Shown here one piece after another: positions 52,493 to 52,953 of a DNA stretch of 52,953 bases (positions within the stretch are counted from its first letter, which is position 1; each line of letters starts with the position of its first letter). The translations under genes were made by a program, and so were the position numbers. The DNA is from a virus. The notes under the pieces are model-generated. The model saw only the letters and a program-made list of their open reading frames with translations. It was not told where the DNA came from and ran no database searches. The stretch spans positions 1 through 52,953 of IMG/VR virus record IMGVR_UViG_3300022919_000001; one strand, 5' to 3'.

Positions 52493-52953
52493 GCGATATA
52501 ACCCTTTCAATCCTTATAGCCAATATGCCGAGCCGATGGGTTAAGTTTGGGCACATGCAAGCCTTTATTTGCGAAAACGCAGAAGATGCTGGGTTATTAG
52601 ATTATATCGAAATTATCGGCGATGCTAGTATGGATTACAACATCGGCACCAAACGCAATAAACTACTCCAAAAAGCTAAAGGCGAATACATAGTATTCAT
52701 TGACGACGACGACCATATTTCACCAGATTATGTAAGTAAGATTTTTAAAGCCTGCCAAAGTGGCGCAGATTGCATCGGCATAAGCGGCATAATAACAACC
52801 AACGGCCATGATAAAAGGCAATGGCATATAAGCAAGGAGTACGGGCGTTGGTATACTGGATCAGATGGTACTTATTATAGAACACCTAACCACATATCAC
52901 CTGTTAAACGTGAATTAGCATTGCAGGCTGGTTTCCCTGAAATACCGTTTGGG
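52489..52953 (+). CDS. Glycosyltransferase family 2-like, N-terminal part (continues at 128..229 across the junction)
   Basis: LSILIANMPSR.., IGTKRNKLLQKAKGEYIVFIDDDDHIS (DxD). The frame is open at the window end and in frame with 2..229. Confidence 0.8.
   Translation, partial: MSDITLSILIANMPSRWVKFGHMQAFICENAEDAGLLDYIEIIGDASMDYNIGTKRNKLLQKAKGEYIVFIDDDDHISPDYVSKIFKACQSGADCIGISGIITTNGHDKRQWHISKEYGRWYTGSDGTYYRTPNHISPVKRELALQAGFPEIPFG
52827..52953. repeat. Terminal direct repeat identical to 1..127
   Basis: See the feature at 1..127. Confidence 0.95.

Overview
The window reads as one complete tailed dsDNA phage genome that closes on itself. The first 127 nt and the last 127 nt are identical, and a glycosyltransferase ORF reads in frame across the junction, so the unique length is 52,826 bp. 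Recognisable modules: (i) packaging and head genes on the minus strand: small and large terminase, portal, prohead protease-like ORF, and an HK97-type major capsid protein with an N-terminal coiled-coil delta region; (ii) a long non-contractile tail module: head-tail connector set, two tube-like paralogues, a chaperone pair with an A10 slippery site, a 1042-aa tape measure, a 649-aa distal tail protein and a collar-domain fibre; no sheath gene was seen; (iii) replication and recombination: RecA-like ATPase, DEAH helicase, primase-like protein, VRR-NUC, and a RecE-like exonuclease plus RecT/Bet annealase; (iv) a GH24 lysozyme with several small membrane proteins; (v) three plus-strand blocks of small, translationally coupled ORFs. 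The host is probably a member of Bacteroidota. This is inferred from repeated TAnnTTTG -7 boxes with TTG about 19-20 nt upstream, the absence of Shine-Dalgarno sequences, and Sec or lipoprotein-type leaders ending in A-Q. No integrase or repressor was recognised, so a virulent lifestyle is likely but not proven. Items most worth follow-up: (1) a roughly 6 kb plus-strand island of five GT-A/GT2-like glycosyltransferases plus an FkbM methyltransferase, inserted between portal and protease/capsid and spanning the contig junction; (2) an autonomous operon with an IbrA-like PP-loop (PAPS-reductase family) protein, an IbrB/ParB-like protein and two accessory ORFs, a candidate DNA-modification module; (3) a stand-alone, catalytically intact TnpB between recT and an early gene; (4) four tRNA-like genes in two pairs, with textbook acceptor and T arms but over-long bodies and no canonical anticodon arm in my manual folds; (5) a dense GGTATG/CATACC iteron field next to the replication ATPase; (6) two fibre-like proteins with Sec-type signal peptides. 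All protein family calls come from motif recognition by eye. No database search was run.
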